From Myxococcales bacterium (GTDB lineage: Bacteria > Myxococcota_A > UBA9160 > UBA4427), in contig JADFNE010000015.1 in assembly GCA_022563535.1 (NCBI GenBank), positions 1,305-65,304 on the forward strand: DNA of 64,000 nucleotides, read 5' to 3'. The position numbers and the translations under genes are program-made. Of this stretch, positions 41,444 through 51,463 are shown one piece after another; position 1 is the first letter of the stretch; every line of letters starts with the position of its first letter. Below the pieces are notes generated by a model. That model was not told the origin of the DNA. It did not search any database and worked only from the letters and a program-made list of their open reading frames with translations.

Positions 41444-42544
41444 ATGTCCATCCCCACGCGGGAATGTGCCCGGCTGCTGTTTCTCTTGCTCCTGCTGGTA
41501 GACCTTGCAGCCTGTGGCGAGCCGAGACCCAGCACGGCTGCACCGGCTGCACCGGTCGCTACACCGCCGGGGCCGAGCGCTTTGCTCGAAAACGAACGCA
41601 ATACCATCGATGTATTCAGCGCGACCTCGAATTCGGTGGTCTTCATCACCAGCAGCCAATGGGAGAGAGGTCGATTCGATCGCTCGGCAAGGCAGGTCAG
41701 CCAGGGCACAGGATCCGGGTTCATCTGGGATCGCGACGGACACATCGTCACCAATTTTCACGTCGTGCAGGGCAGCAACGTGTTCTCGGTGAGTTTTGCG
41801 GATGGCAGTACCTACTCGGCCGAGCTCATCGGGGTTGATCCTCACAAAGATCTGGCGGTGCTGGAACTCGAAGCTTCGGCCCCGCGGCCCGCGCCCCTGA
41901 ATCACGGAAGCTCCAAGCGGCTGCAGGTCGGCCAAAAGGTGCTCGCGATCGGCAATCCCTTTGGACTGGATCACACCCTCACCACTGGGGTCATCAGCGC
42001 GCTGGGACGGGAAATGCAGTCGCTGGCCGGCACCACGATCGAAGATGTGATCCAGACCGATGCGTCGATCAATCCAGGCAATTCCGGTGGTCCGCTACTC
42101 GATTCGTCCGGCCGACTGATCGGAGTCAACACTTCCATCATCAGTACCTCGGGGCAGAGTGCGGGCATTGGGTTCGCAGTTCCGGTCGACACCGTAAAAC
42201 GCATCATTCCGCAGTTGATCAAGGACGGTCGGGTGCGCCGGGTCGGGCTCGGCGTGCGGATCTTTACAGATCATCAGGCCGCCCAGTGGGGAATCGAGGG
42301 AGTCATTGTTCGCGAACCCATGCCGGGCGGTCCGGCGGCGCGAGCGGGGATTCGCCCACCGCAAGTTGACCGGCGCGGAACCATACATGTCGACGTAATC
42401 GTGGCACTCGACGATGTCCGGATCACGTCGTTCGACGATCTTTATCGCGTGCTCGACACGAGAAAACCGGGAGACCGCGTGACGCTGGTGATTGAACGCG
42501 ACGGTCGTAGAGAGCAAGTCGAACTGGTTCTCCAGGAACTCTAA
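41444..42544 (+). CDS. HtrA/DegP-family serine protease with one PDZ domain
   Basis: Lipoprotein-type signal (LVDLAAC), catalytic triad contexts TNFHVV / DLAVLEL / GNSGGPL, and a C-terminal PDZ (GVIVREPMPGGPAARAGI). Confidence 0.85.
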   Translation: MSIPTRECARLLFLLLLLVDLAACGEPRPSTAAPAAPVATPPGPSALLENERNTIDVFSATSNSVVFITSSQWERGRFDRSARQVSQGTGSGFIWDRDGHIVTNFHVVQGSNVFSVSFADGSTYSAELIGVDPHKDLAVLELEASAPRPAPLNHGSSKRLQVGQKVLAIGNPFGLDHTLTTGVISALGREMQSLAGTTIEDVIQTDASINPGNSGGPLLDSSGRLIGVNTSIISTSGQSAGIGFAVPVDTVKRIIPQLIKDGRVRRVGLGVRIFTDHQAAQWGIEGVIVREPMPGGPAARAGIRPPQVDRRGTIHVDVIVALDDVRITSFDDLYRVLDTRKPGDRVTLVIERDGRREQVELVLQEL

Positions 42545-42603
42545 TAGCCTCTTTTTATGTGAATTCGATCTCCCCGTTCGTTCACCAAGACAGCGGATAA
42601 ACA

Positions 42604-43131
42604 ATGAGCGAGATCGGTTGCGATCAATGTGGGGGGCACTTCGAGGCGCAGCGTCTGCCCTTGTGTCCGACGTGCCTGGTCGCGACATGGCTCGCCACCG
42701 AAAACTTTGTCCGACCCAAGCACGACCCACGTCTGCTGCCACGCGCCTGGGAGGGTTATCGCTCGGTCTTGAGCCCGAATCTCGTCGCGACGCCGCGCCC
42801 ACATCTCGAGTTTGCCGCGCAGTCCGGAGCCTGGTACCGCGACCTTCACTACGAGCTATTCGTGCACATGACCCATTCTCCGATGGGCCTCGATCCGGGC
42901 TCGGGCATACCCGAGGGCAAGACCACACCGGAGCACAGCCTGGATTCACTCTTGATCGCCGAAGCCGATTCACAGACCGAAGCCCACGCCTTTGCAGTGT
43001 CTCGCGTCCAGTTCGAAGCACAAATTCGCGCCGGGGAATTCGAACGCCTCGCGACTTGTCGTATTGCCGACTGCGAAAATCTGAGTGTCCCTGCCCGGGA
43101 TCGATGCGCTGCGCACCGAGGGTCGCAGTGA
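42604..43131 (+). CDS. Hypothetical protein with N-terminal CxxC..CxxC zinc-ribbon-like motif
   Basis: 175 aa. GC3 is clearly elevated in this frame compared with the overlapping ORFs 42492..43220 and 42095..43021. N-terminal CDQCGGHFEAQRLPLCPTC and C-terminal CRIADCENLSVPARDRCAAH. I recognise no family. Confidence 0.45.
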   Translation: MSEIGCDQCGGHFEAQRLPLCPTCLVATWLATENFVRPKHDPRLLPRAWEGYRSVLSPNLVATPRPHLEFAAQSGAWYRDLHYELFVHMTHSPMGLDPGSGIPEGKTTPEHSLDSLLIAEADSQTEAHAFAVSRVQFEAQIRAGEFERLATCRIADCENLSVPARDRCAAHRGSQ

Positions 43132-43146
43132 GAATGTATTGGCGCC

Positions 43147-44166
43147 TCAGTCCCGAAGCGCTGCAATCACTTCGGCCACCCGGGAATCATCCGCGGGATC
43201 GTCGGGCATGGGAAACGTGATGTGCGTTACCAGACCCCGGTAGCGTTCGCGTAGCGGCTCGACAATTTCGTCGTAGGTGCCGCTCGGAATCATGGTTTCG
43301 AGCAACTCATCGTCGATCAAAGCCGTCATCTCACTCCACTGATTCTCTCGCGCCATGCGGTGGAGGCCCTCGCCAATCGGCTTCCAGCCGTAGAGTTCCA
43401 GCGCTGGCCAATAGGCCGGTGTCGAGAACAAAAAACCCAACAGTTCTCTGTTCTTTTCGCGCTGACGCGCGACCTCTTCCTGATCTCCGCCCGTCGAAAC
43501 CATGCCGGCTGCCATACGCTGAACGTCGAGAGCCTTGCGGCCGACGCGCTGGGTGCCGCGATCGAGGGCGGGGAGCGCCAATTCCTTCAACACGCGTGGG
43601 GACGAATGAGTCGGATGACTCATATGCCCATCTGCGACTTCGCCCGCCAGCGCGGTCATCACCGGCCCCACCCCAGCGAGATAGATCGGAATGGCCGGAT
43701 CATCGATCGGCCCCGGATTGAAGAAGGGTTGCATCTTGGTGAACTGATAGTGCTCGCCCTCAAAACACAGCGGCACTCCTCGTTGAAAGCTCTCGAAGAT
43801 CGCGCGCAGCGACTGCACGTATTCCCGCATGCGAGGAACCGGAGACGTCCAGGGCGTGCTGTAGCGACCCACGATGTTTCCGCGAACCTGGGTCCCCATC
43901 CCGAGTTCGAAGCGACCCTTGGATACCGATTGCAAATCCCAGGCGGCGACCGCAACCACCATGGGGCTGCGCGGGAATACCACCAGCACACTGGTCGCGA
44001 CTCGCAGACACTTTGTGGCGCGCAGAGCTTCGTGAGCGATCAGCAGCCCGTCGTGTACCGCGTCGGGAACGTTCAAACCGTCGTATCCCAGGGCCTCTGC
44101 TCGTTTCGCGTGTTCGGCGACGCGAGACAATGGCATGCGATGTTCCATGGACGCGTAGACCTGCAT
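43147..44166 (-). CDS. LLM-class (luciferase-like) flavin/F420-dependent oxidoreductase
   Basis: About 339 aa. LGYDGLNVPDAVHD, GRFELGMGTQV and GPVMTALAGEVADG are typical of the LLM family. ATG 44164-44166 overlaps the TGA of the upstream Sel1 gene (TGATG). Confidence 0.65.
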   Translation of the reverse strand: MQVYASMEHRMPLSRVAEHAKRAEALGYDGLNVPDAVHDGLLIAHEALRATKCLRVATSVLVVFPRSPMVVAVAAWDLQSVSKGRFELGMGTQVRGNIVGRYSTPWTSPVPRMREYVQSLRAIFESFQRGVPLCFEGEHYQFTKMQPFFNPGPIDDPAIPIYLAGVGPVMTALAGEVADGHMSHPTHSSPRVLKELALPALDRGTQRVGRKALDVQRMAAGMVSTGGDQEEVARQREKNRELLGFLFSTPAYWPALELYGWKPIGEGLHRMARENQWSEMTALIDDELLETMIPSGTYDEIVEPLRERYRGLVTHITFPMPDDPADDSRVAEVIAALRD

Positions 44167-46301
44167 CAATTCGCTCCACGTCCTTCAGCGTTCTTCTTCT
44201 CGCGCTTCCGGTGGCGTGCCTCCCAGATCTTGTTGTAATGCTCGAGCGCTTTCATGGATTGGGCATCCAAATGCTCGATGGTTTTCTTGTTCAACTTTTT
44301 GCGCAGCGCGATCAACTCGCGAATTGCCGGAGGATCATCGAACAAGGCACCCATGGCAAAAAAGACATAGGACTCCGCCACGCTATTTTCCTCTTCTGTC
44401 ATTCCGAACACCGACGCAGCGCCCATATAGAAGAAGGCCTCTCCATTTCTCCGGTCGATGGCACGACGCATGTACGGCAGCGCTTTGCGGCGTTTCTGTT
44501 TCACTCCGACTCCATCCCACAAGCATCGGCCAACGTAGAATTCTGCGGTTTCGTTCCCCGCCTTGGCGGCCGCGCTCAGAAATCGAAAGGCTTGATCGGG
44601 CTGCTTCGGGATTCCGTAGTCCCCCTCGAAATAGCGGATGCCCACAAAGAGTTCCGATGCGGTCCGGCCCTGTTCTGCGGCGCGAAGATGCCATTGCAGT
44701 CCCCGTTTCCGGTTCAGGGGTATGGCGCCTCTTCCTTTCCAGTAAATCTTTGCGAGTTTGGCCATCGCAGCGACGTTGCCAGCCTCGGCTTCTTCCTCGT
44801 ACATCGCCATGGCCTTTGCGAGGTCACGGCGAACGTAACGTCCCTCGTCCAGCATCTTCGCGAGATGCCAGCGCGCCTCCCGGTGGCCGGCCTGAGCCGC
44901 CTTGCCATACCAATCCGCCGCGGCGGATCTGCTTTTGTCTACTCCGCTGCCCGTTTCCAGCATGCGACCGTACCTCCACTGGGCTTCGGAATCGCCGGCT
45001 TCGGCTGCGAGCAGAAAGAGCGACGCCGCCATGGAGAGATCGGATTCAACGTCCGCCCCGGACGCGAGCAGTTCAGCCCCGCGTCGCCGGGCTTCGGCGT
45101 TTCCCTGTTCGGCCGCCGCCAGATACCAGCGAACTGCCTCGGAACGATCGCGGGCAAATCCATCGGCTTCATCATAGGCCCGGGCCACCATCAGTTGAGC
45201 TTCGGCGATCCCAGCCTCGGCGGCCTTTCGATACCAGTGCAGGCTTTGGTTCCGATTTTTTCGCACGATCTTGCCTTCGGCGTAGTCCTTGGCGAGGGCC
45301 AGTTGTACTTGGGGGTCTTCGCGAGCCGCCTCCTGGTACCAGCGCTCGGCTTCGGCCGGGTCCTTGTCCACACCCGTGCCCTCGGCGTACATCACCGCCA
45401 AATTCACATGGGCTTCTGAGTTCCCCTGTGCTGCGGATAAGCGCAACCACTTCAGCGATTCCCCGTAGTCCTTGAGAACACCCTCGCCAAACCTGTACAT
45501 GACGCCAAGAAATTTCTGCGCTTCGTCGTTGCCCTGCTCGGCAGACGCCCTGAACCAGCGGGCCGCGGTCTCGACATTTCGAAAAACCCCCTTTCCGTTC
45601 GTCAAATAGAGGCGGCCGAGATGGAGCTGCGCCGGGGCGTACCCCTGATCGCCGGCCTGTGTCAGCCACTTCGCGCCGCGACCGGGATTCCTGGGGACTC
45701 CGTCCCCCGCAAAATACAGGAAGGCCAAATCGAACTGGGCCTGGGGGTCGCCCCCCTCGGCGAAATGAATCAGCCACTTTGCCGCAGCTCCGGGATCCTT
45801 TTCTGTGCTCCGATCTGCTTTATGAATTGCGATCAGTGAGCGCATGGCGCGCTCATTGCCCTGCTCCGCGGCGGCCTCGTACCAACGGATCGCCTCAGCC
45901 AGATTCTCGTCCGTGCTCTCCCAACCGGCGAGCATCTCTGCCAGGCGCAGCTGGGCCTCTTCAAGTCCCTGTTCCGACGCTTTCTCGTACCAGCTTCGAG
46001 CCGCAGCCGGATCCCGCCCTTCGCCTTCCGCTGCAAATTGATCGCCGAGCTCGAGCTGGGCCTGACTGTCTCCTCGCTCGGCGCGGTCGAGAAGCTCGTC
46101 AGCCAAGCCGCATCCCCAGTGCGGTAGCCCCAATGCGATTGCCAGGGCGGCTGCCGGAAGCGAACGGCGAAATTCACACAACCACGTGCGCCGACAGTGT
46201 TTTCGCGAGGTTTTTACGGTCAAGAAGGAGGCTCGAGAGGTGGGGACATCAATGGGAAGCATAGCGATCTTCCCCACCACCCTCCGGTGCAACCCCAACA
46301 T
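44166..46301 (-). CDS. Sel1-repeat (SLR/TPR-like) protein, about 16 repeats, probably exported
   Basis: Repeated xAxxWYxKAAEQGxxxAQxxLGxxY units run throughout. A hydrophobic LPAAALAIALGL segment lies near the N-terminus. Start uncertain: ATG 46301, ATG 46262 or further downstream. Confidence 0.75.
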   Translation of the reverse strand: MLGLHRRVVGKIAMLPIDVPTSRASFLTVKTSRKHCRRTWLCEFRRSLPAAALAIALGLPHWGCGLADELLDRAERGDSQAQLELGDQFAAEGEGRDPAAARSWYEKASEQGLEEAQLRLAEMLAGWESTDENLAEAIRWYEAAAEQGNERAMRSLIAIHKADRSTEKDPGAAAKWLIHFAEGGDPQAQFDLAFLYFAGDGVPRNPGRGAKWLTQAGDQGYAPAQLHLGRLYLTNGKGVFRNVETAARWFRASAEQGNDEAQKFLGVMYRFGEGVLKDYGESLKWLRLSAAQGNSEAHVNLAVMYAEGTGVDKDPAEAERWYQEAAREDPQVQLALAKDYAEGKIVRKNRNQSLHWYRKAAEAGIAEAQLMVARAYDEADGFARDRSEAVRWYLAAAEQGNAEARRRGAELLASGADVESDLSMAASLFLLAAEAGDSEAQWRYGRMLETGSGVDKSRSAAADWYGKAAQAGHREARWHLAKMLDEGRYVRRDLAKAMAMYEEEAEAGNVAAMAKLAKIYWKGRGAIPLNRKRGLQWHLRAAEQGRTASELFVGIRYFEGDYGIPKQPDQAFRFLSAAAKAGNETAEFYVGRCLWDGVGVKQKRRKALPYMRRAIDRRNGEAFFYMGAASVFGMTEEENSVAESYVFFAMGALFDDPPAIRELIALRKKLNKKTIEHLDAQSMKALEHYNKIWEARHRKREKKNAEGRGAN

Positions 46302-46714
46302 CCACAACCGACCCCAAGAAACTGCATCTCACCGCCTATTCCCGCGCCTTATCCGCCGAATCTGCTTCGGGTCGACTTCTAAAGGTGAGCTTCAATTTAT
46401 CCGAAGCAGAGGCGGGAACCGACTTAGGGTGCAAGCGATTGACAGCGAGACCAAGGGAAAAGCGCTGGCAGACTGTGATGCGAATTCAAACTCGAAAGAC
46501 GCTGGTCATTTTGTTGCGCCATTGACGATCGAAACAACAATTATCGAGCTGAAATCCGTTGTAAGCGCCAAGGGTTGTCCTAATCTCTGCGGCGCTTACC
46601 CCGGTCCCAGGCTCTTCGAACCCAAGCGGACCTCGCCGCCGTCATGGCCGGAAGTGCGGCTAGAACAGCGACGAAAACTGCGGCCACCGAGAGACGGAAT
46701 CACAGCGATCATCA

Positions 46715-48094
46715 ATGTCACTTCACAAGATCACCAAGGGGCTTGACCTCCCGATCACGGGAGAGCCAATCCAAATCATCCGAGAGAGCCGCCTGCCCAC
46801 CCGCGTGGCCGTCGTAGCCGACGATTTCCCCAGCATGCGTCCGGGAATGTTCGTAGAAGAAGGCGACACGGTGAAACGGGGCCAGCCCCTGTTCGAGGAC
46901 CGAACTCGCAGCGGGGTGATCCACACCTCCCCCGGTGCCGGGCGTGTCATTGGCGTCTACCGCGGGGCTCGCCGCGTGCTGCAATCGGTCGTAATCGATC
47001 TCAGTGACAACGAACGCGCGGGATCGCCCAGCGATTCGGAACTGGCTTCGTTCGAGCACTACTCGGGGAGGGCCATCGATCAGCTGGATCGCGACAAAAT
47101 CGTTGCGCTGCTCGCCGAATCCGGAGACTGGACCGCCTTTCGCACCCGGCCGTTCAACCGAACCCCGCCCACGGACACGACGCCCGCGGCCATCTTCGTC
47201 AACGCCATGGACACCAACCCCCACGCCCCCCTGCCCGAGGTCGTGTTGGCCGATCGGACGGAAGACTTCGATCGCGGGCTGTCCATTGTCGCCAAACTAA
47301 CCGCCGGAAAGACCTACCTCTGCGTAGATCCGAGTTCGGAAATCGAGCAAGGCTTGAGTGCACCGGTCACCGTCGAGCAATTTTCCGGCCCCCATCCGTC
47401 GGGGACCGCTGGCCTGCACATCCACACCCTCGATCCCGTCAGCCGCAACAAGACGGTCTGGACGATCGGATATCAAGATGTCGCCGCGATCGGGTCGCTG
47501 TTTGCCACCGGCAAACTCGATGTCAATCGAGTGATCTCCTACGCCGGACCACCGGTTGCGGACCCACAATTGCTGAGGACGCGCAGCGGTGCTTCCGTCG
47601 ACGATCTCGTCACCGAAACATTCGACGGCGCCGAGGTGCGCCTGATCGCGGGCTCCGTGCTCTCGGGCAAGAAGGCGATGGGGAACGTCTTTGGCTTCCT
47701 GGGCCGCTTCGATTATCAGATCAGCGTCTTGAAGGAAGGTCGAGAACGGATCTTCATGGGCTGGCTGACCCCGGGCCTGAACTCATTCTCTACTCTGGGC
47801 ATCTATCTTTCGAGGCTCTTCCCCAGCAAGCGCTTCGACTTCACGACGACGACCAACGGATCACCCCGGGCGATGGTGCCGATCGGCATGTACGAACGCG
47901 TGATGCCGATGGACATCATGCCGACCTTCCTGCTGCGCTCGATGCTGGTCGGTGACCTCGAGCGCGCCGAAGAATTGGGCGCCCTCGAACTGGCCGAAGA
48001 AGACCTCGCCCTGTGCACCTTCGTGTGCCCGGGCAAGACGGACTACGGGCCGATCTTGCGCAGGAATCTCGAACTGATTGAAAAGGAAGGGTAA
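46715..48094 (+). CDS. nqrA: Na+-translocating NADH:quinone oxidoreductase subunit A
   Basis: 459 aa; the N-terminus [13 protein letters not shown] is typical of NqrA. First gene of the nqrABCDEF order. Confidence 0.9.
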   Translation: MSLHKITKGLDLPITGEPIQIIRESRLPTRVAVVADDFPSMRPGMFVEEGDTVKRGQPLFEDRTRSGVIHTSPGAGRVIGVYRGARRVLQSVVIDLSDNERAGSPSDSELASFEHYSGRAIDQLDRDKIVALLAESGDWTAFRTRPFNRTPPTDTTPAAIFVNAMDTNPHAPLPEVVLADRTEDFDRGLSIVAKLTAGKTYLCVDPSSEIEQGLSAPVTVEQFSGPHPSGTAGLHIHTLDPVSRNKTVWTIGYQDVAAIGSLFATGKLDVNRVISYAGPPVADPQLLRTRSGASVDDLVTETFDGAEVRLIAGSVLSGKKAMGNVFGFLGRFDYQISVLKEGRERIFMGWLTPGLNSFSTLGIYLSRLFPSKRFDFTTTTNGSPRAMVPIGMYERVMPMDIMPTFLLRSMLVGDLERAEELGALELAEEDLALCTFVCPGKTDYGPILRRNLELIEKEG

Positions 48095-48104
48095 GCAGAC
48101 TCCG

Positions 48105-49322
48105 ATGAAATTTCTTCGGGACATCAGCGATCAGATCGCACCCATTTTCGAGAAGGGTGGGCGCCTCGAAAAATTCTATCCCGCCTGGGAAATGATCGAC
48201 TCCGGAAACTTCACTCCCGGTGAAGTGACCAAGACCAGTTCCCACGTCCGGGATGGCATAGATCTCAAGCGGTTGATGATCACCGTCGTGATCGCGCTCG
48301 TACCCTGCGCCGGCATGGCGATGTACAACACCGGGTACCAGACATTGCTCGCAACCGCCCACGGTGGACTCCCGCTCGACGACTGGCGGATGGTGGTATG
48401 GGCCGCCACCGGGCTCGCATCGGACTTCAACAGTCCGCTCTCCTGCATCGTTCTGGGTTCCCTCTTCTATCTGCCTGTCTACGCCACGGTCATGGCAACC
48501 GGGGGAGCCGTTGAAATCACCGGTGCGATCGTTCGCGGACACGAGGTCAACGAAGGTTTTCTCGTGACCGGCATGTTGCTCCCCCTGACGCTCCCCGCCA
48601 CGATTCCGTTGTGGATGGTCGCATTGGGGATGGCCTTCGGCCTGATCTTCGGCAAAGAAGTCTTTGGCGGCACGGGGATGAACTTCTTGAACCCCGCGCT
48701 GGTCGCGCGAGCGTTTCTGTTCTTTGCGTATCCGGCGGACATGAGCGGTGAATCTCCTTGGATCGCCGCAAACCTCTCTGGCGTCGATTCCTACACCGGC
48801 GCGACCTTGCTCGCCCAGGCCGCAGAGACCAGCAGCGCCCTGGCGAATTACGACTGGTGGGACGCCTTTTACGGTTACATACCCGGCTCGATGGGCGAGA
48901 CCTCTACGGTCGCATGCCTGATGGGCTGCGCATTGCTGCTCTGGACCAAGGTCGGATCTGGCAAGACGATGGCCGGAGTGGTGATCGGCACCATCGCCAT
49001 GTCGCTGACCCTCAACCTCGTCGGTTCCGATTCCAACCCGTTGTTCGCCGTCCCCTGGTACTGGCACATGGTGCTGGGCGGCTGGGCGCTGGGGGCGGTC
49101 TTCATGGCGACGGACCCGGTCTCGTCCGCCTTCACCGATTCGGGCAAGTTCTACTACGGGCTGATGATCGGCATCCTCTGTATCCTGATTCGCGTGATCA
49201 ATCCCGCCTATCCGGAGGGGATGATGCTCGCAATCCTGTTCATGAACATGTTTGCGCCGCTGATTGATCACTTCGTAGTGCAGGGAAACATCAAGCGGAG
49301 GCAGGCCCGAAGTGCAGCATAG
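48105..49322 (+). CDS. nqrB: Na+-NQR subunit B
   Basis: Polytopic membrane protein with the FMN-attachment context VDSYTGATLL. The ORF-track start 48078 is a TTG inside nqrA; ATG 48105 (MKFLRD) is preferred. Confidence 0.9.
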   Translation: MKFLRDISDQIAPIFEKGGRLEKFYPAWEMIDSGNFTPGEVTKTSSHVRDGIDLKRLMITVVIALVPCAGMAMYNTGYQTLLATAHGGLPLDDWRMVVWAATGLASDFNSPLSCIVLGSLFYLPVYATVMATGGAVEITGAIVRGHEVNEGFLVTGMLLPLTLPATIPLWMVALGMAFGLIFGKEVFGGTGMNFLNPALVARAFLFFAYPADMSGESPWIAANLSGVDSYTGATLLAQAAETSSALANYDWWDAFYGYIPGSMGETSTVACLMGCALLLWTKVGSGKTMAGVVIGTIAMSLTLNLVGSDSNPLFAVPWYWHMVLGGWALGAVFMATDPVSSAFTDSGKFYYGLMIGILCILIRVINPAYPEGMMLAILFMNMFAPLIDHFVVQGNIKRRQARSAA

Positions 49323-50091
49323 TCCGGGATATATCATCGGCTTTACCGCGGTCGTGTGTCTGGTCTGCGCCGTATTCGTGGCGGGTTCTGCGGTGTCGCT
49401 CAAGGAGCGCCAGGATGCGAACATCGTCCTCGACCGGCAGAAGAAGGTACTGATTGTCAGTGGACTGATGGGCGAGAAGGACAAGCTCTCCGCAATCGAG
49501 ATTGGCGAGCTTTTCAACGAGAGAGTGACACCCCGGGCCGTAACCCTCGCCAGTGGCAGCTACAACGAAAAAATAGATGCCGCAAGCTACGACCAGCGCA
49601 AGGCCGCAAAAAACCCGGCGTTGAGTGAAGCTGTGCCGCCCAACGCCGCCAAGGTCCGGCGCGTTCCCAATGTGGGCCTGGTGTATCAGGTGCGATCCGC
49701 CGCGGGAGAAATCGAAGCCATCATAATCCCGATCGAGGGCATGGGGCTTTGGTCCACCCTCTATGGCTACCTCGCTCTCGCCCCGGATACCCGCACGATC
49801 AAAGGCATTACCTTCTACGAGCACGGCGAAACTCCCGGGCTCGGTGGCGAGGTCGACAACGCGCGTTGGAAGTCTCTCTGGAAGGGACGCCTCGCCTTCG
49901 ACGAGCGCTGGGTTCCGCGCATCGGGGTCGTAAAGGGAATGGCGGGCTCGGTAGCAGATGATCCCTACAACGTGGACGGTCTCTCGGGGGCAACGATTAC
50001 GAGTCGCGGAGTGGGCAGTCTGGTCAAGTATTGGCTCGGGGATTCGGGCTTTGGTCCCTACCTCGCCAAGCTGCGGGCCGAACAGAGTTAG
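49312..50091 (+). CDS. nqrC: Na+-NQR subunit C
   Basis: 259 aa, GTG start, a single N-terminal TM, and the FMN-attachment motif DGLSGATITSRGV. Confidence 0.9.
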   Translation: MQHSPGYIIGFTAVVCLVCAVFVAGSAVSLKERQDANIVLDRQKKVLIVSGLMGEKDKLSAIEIGELFNERVTPRAVTLASGSYNEKIDAASYDQRKAAKNPALSEAVPPNAAKVRRVPNVGLVYQVRSAAGEIEAIIIPIEGMGLWSTLYGYLALAPDTRTIKGITFYEHGETPGLGGEVDNARWKSLWKGRLAFDERWVPRIGVVKGMAGSVADDPYNVDGLSGATITSRGVGSLVKYWLGDSGFGPYLAKLRAEQS

Positions 50092-50154
50092 ATCCGGCAA
50101 ACTGTTCCAGCGGACAGCGGGCCAACATATTAGAGTTAGAGCGGAGGCAATTTC

Positions 50155-50832
50155 ATGGCAGCGAATTCGGCGGAGCGGGAAGCACTTCTCGATCCGTTGT
50201 TCAACAACAATCCCATCGGGCTTCAGGTGCTGGGGATCTGCTCTGCGCTCGCGGTCACGACCAAGATGGAAACCGCGCTTGTCATGAGTGCAGCGTTAGT
50301 TGCGGTCTGCGCCTTCTCGAACCTGGCGGTCAGCTTGATCCGCGAACACATCCCGCCCAGCGTGCGCATCATCGTTCAGCTCACGATCATCGCGTCTCTC
50401 GTCATCGTGACGGATCAGATCCTCAAGGCCTTCGTCTTCGACGTCAGCAAGCAGCTTTCGGTGTTCGTCGGTTTGATCATCACCAATTGCATCGTCATGG
50501 GCCGCGCCGAGGCCTTCGCAATGCAGAACCCGCCGAAGTTGGCCTTGATGGATGGGATCGGGAACGGTCTCGGCTACGGCGTAGTTTTGATGGTGGTCGC
50601 GTTCATGCGCGAACTGTTTGGCAGCGGCAAGTTGTTCGGCTACACAATTCTGAAGACGGTCAACGAAGGTGGCTGGTACGAACCCAACGGTTTGATGCTG
50701 TTGGCACCCGCCGCGTTCTTCTTGATTGGCTGCTTTATCTGGGCCGTGCGCGCCTGGAAACCCGAGCAAGTGGAGGAAGAGTTCCGTGTTGGAACACTAT
50801 TTGAGCCTGGCTACGAAGGCAATATTCGTTGA
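50155..50832 (+). CDS. nqrD: Na+-NQR subunit D
   Basis: [20 protein letters not shown] and [19 protein letters not shown] lies upstream of the ATG. Carries about 17 extra C-terminal residues after KPEQVEEE that overlap nqrE. Confidence 0.9.
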   Translation: MAANSAEREALLDPLFNNNPIGLQVLGICSALAVTTKMETALVMSAALVAVCAFSNLAVSLIREHIPPSVRIIVQLTIIASLVIVTDQILKAFVFDVSKQLSVFVGLIITNCIVMGRAEAFAMQNPPKLALMDGIGNGLGYGVVLMVVAFMRELFGSGKLFGYTILKTVNEGGWYEPNGLMLLAPAAFFLIGCFIWAVRAWKPEQVEEEFRVGTLFEPGYEGNIR

Positions 50833-51397
50833 GAACATGGCGCTTGCCTTCTTTTTGGGCATGTGTTCATTCCTGGCGATTTCAAAGAAGGTCGAGACTG
50901 CGATCCAGTTGGGCTTCGCGGTCATCTTTGTGCTCGCGGTTACCTGCCCACTAAATCAGTTGCTCAACGAGGTGCTGCTGAAAGATGGTGCGCTCTCCTG
51001 GCTGGGCCTGGGAGACATCAACCTCGGCTTTTTGACCTTCTTGACTTTGATCGGCACGATCGCGGCCACGGTGCAGATCGTAGAGATGGTCATGGATCGT
51101 TTTTCACCGGCGCTCTACAACGCACTCGGGGTGTTCTTGCCCTTGATCGCGGTCAATTGCGCGATTCTAGGCGCGTCGCTCTTCATGGTCGAGCGCGACT
51201 ACAACCTCGCCGAGAGCACGGTCTTTGGCATCGGTTCGGGAATTGGCTGGGCGATCGCGATCGCTGCGCTGGCCGCCATTCGCGAGAAACTCCGTTACAG
51301 CAACGTACCTCCACCCCTTCGCGGTCTCGGTATCACGTTTCTTCTGGTCGGTTTGATGTCCATTGGCTTCATGGCCTTTTCAGGAATTCAGCTCTAA
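50786..51397 (+). CDS. nqrE: Na+-NQR subunit E
   Basis: The conserved N-terminus (M)[26 protein letters not shown] requires a GTG (50786) or TTG (50789) start, with GGAGG at 50772-50776. The ORF-track start at 50726 is over-extended. The first ATG (50837) would delete conserved residues. Confidence 0.85.
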   Translation: MLEHYLSLATKAIFVENMALAFFLGMCSFLAISKKVETAIQLGFAVIFVLAVTCPLNQLLNEVLLKDGALSWLGLGDINLGFLTFLTLIGTIAATVQIVEMVMDRFSPALYNALGVFLPLIAVNCAILGASLFMVERDYNLAESTVFGIGSGIGWAIAIAALAAIREKLRYSNVPPPLRGLGITFLLVGLMSIGFMAFSGIQL

Positions 51398-51463
51398 CTC
51401 ATTTCTATTTCCGTCTAGCTGTCCGAGCTTCCATTCGGACACCGGACACAGGGTTACGCAGTC

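Noticed and set aside
42095-43220. Alternative ORFs 42095..43021 (-) and 42492..43220 (+), competing with the Zn-ribbon ORF.
   Set aside because: Their third-codon positions are not GC-enriched, whereas the 42604..43131 frame is. Their translations are Arg/Ser/Pro-rich.
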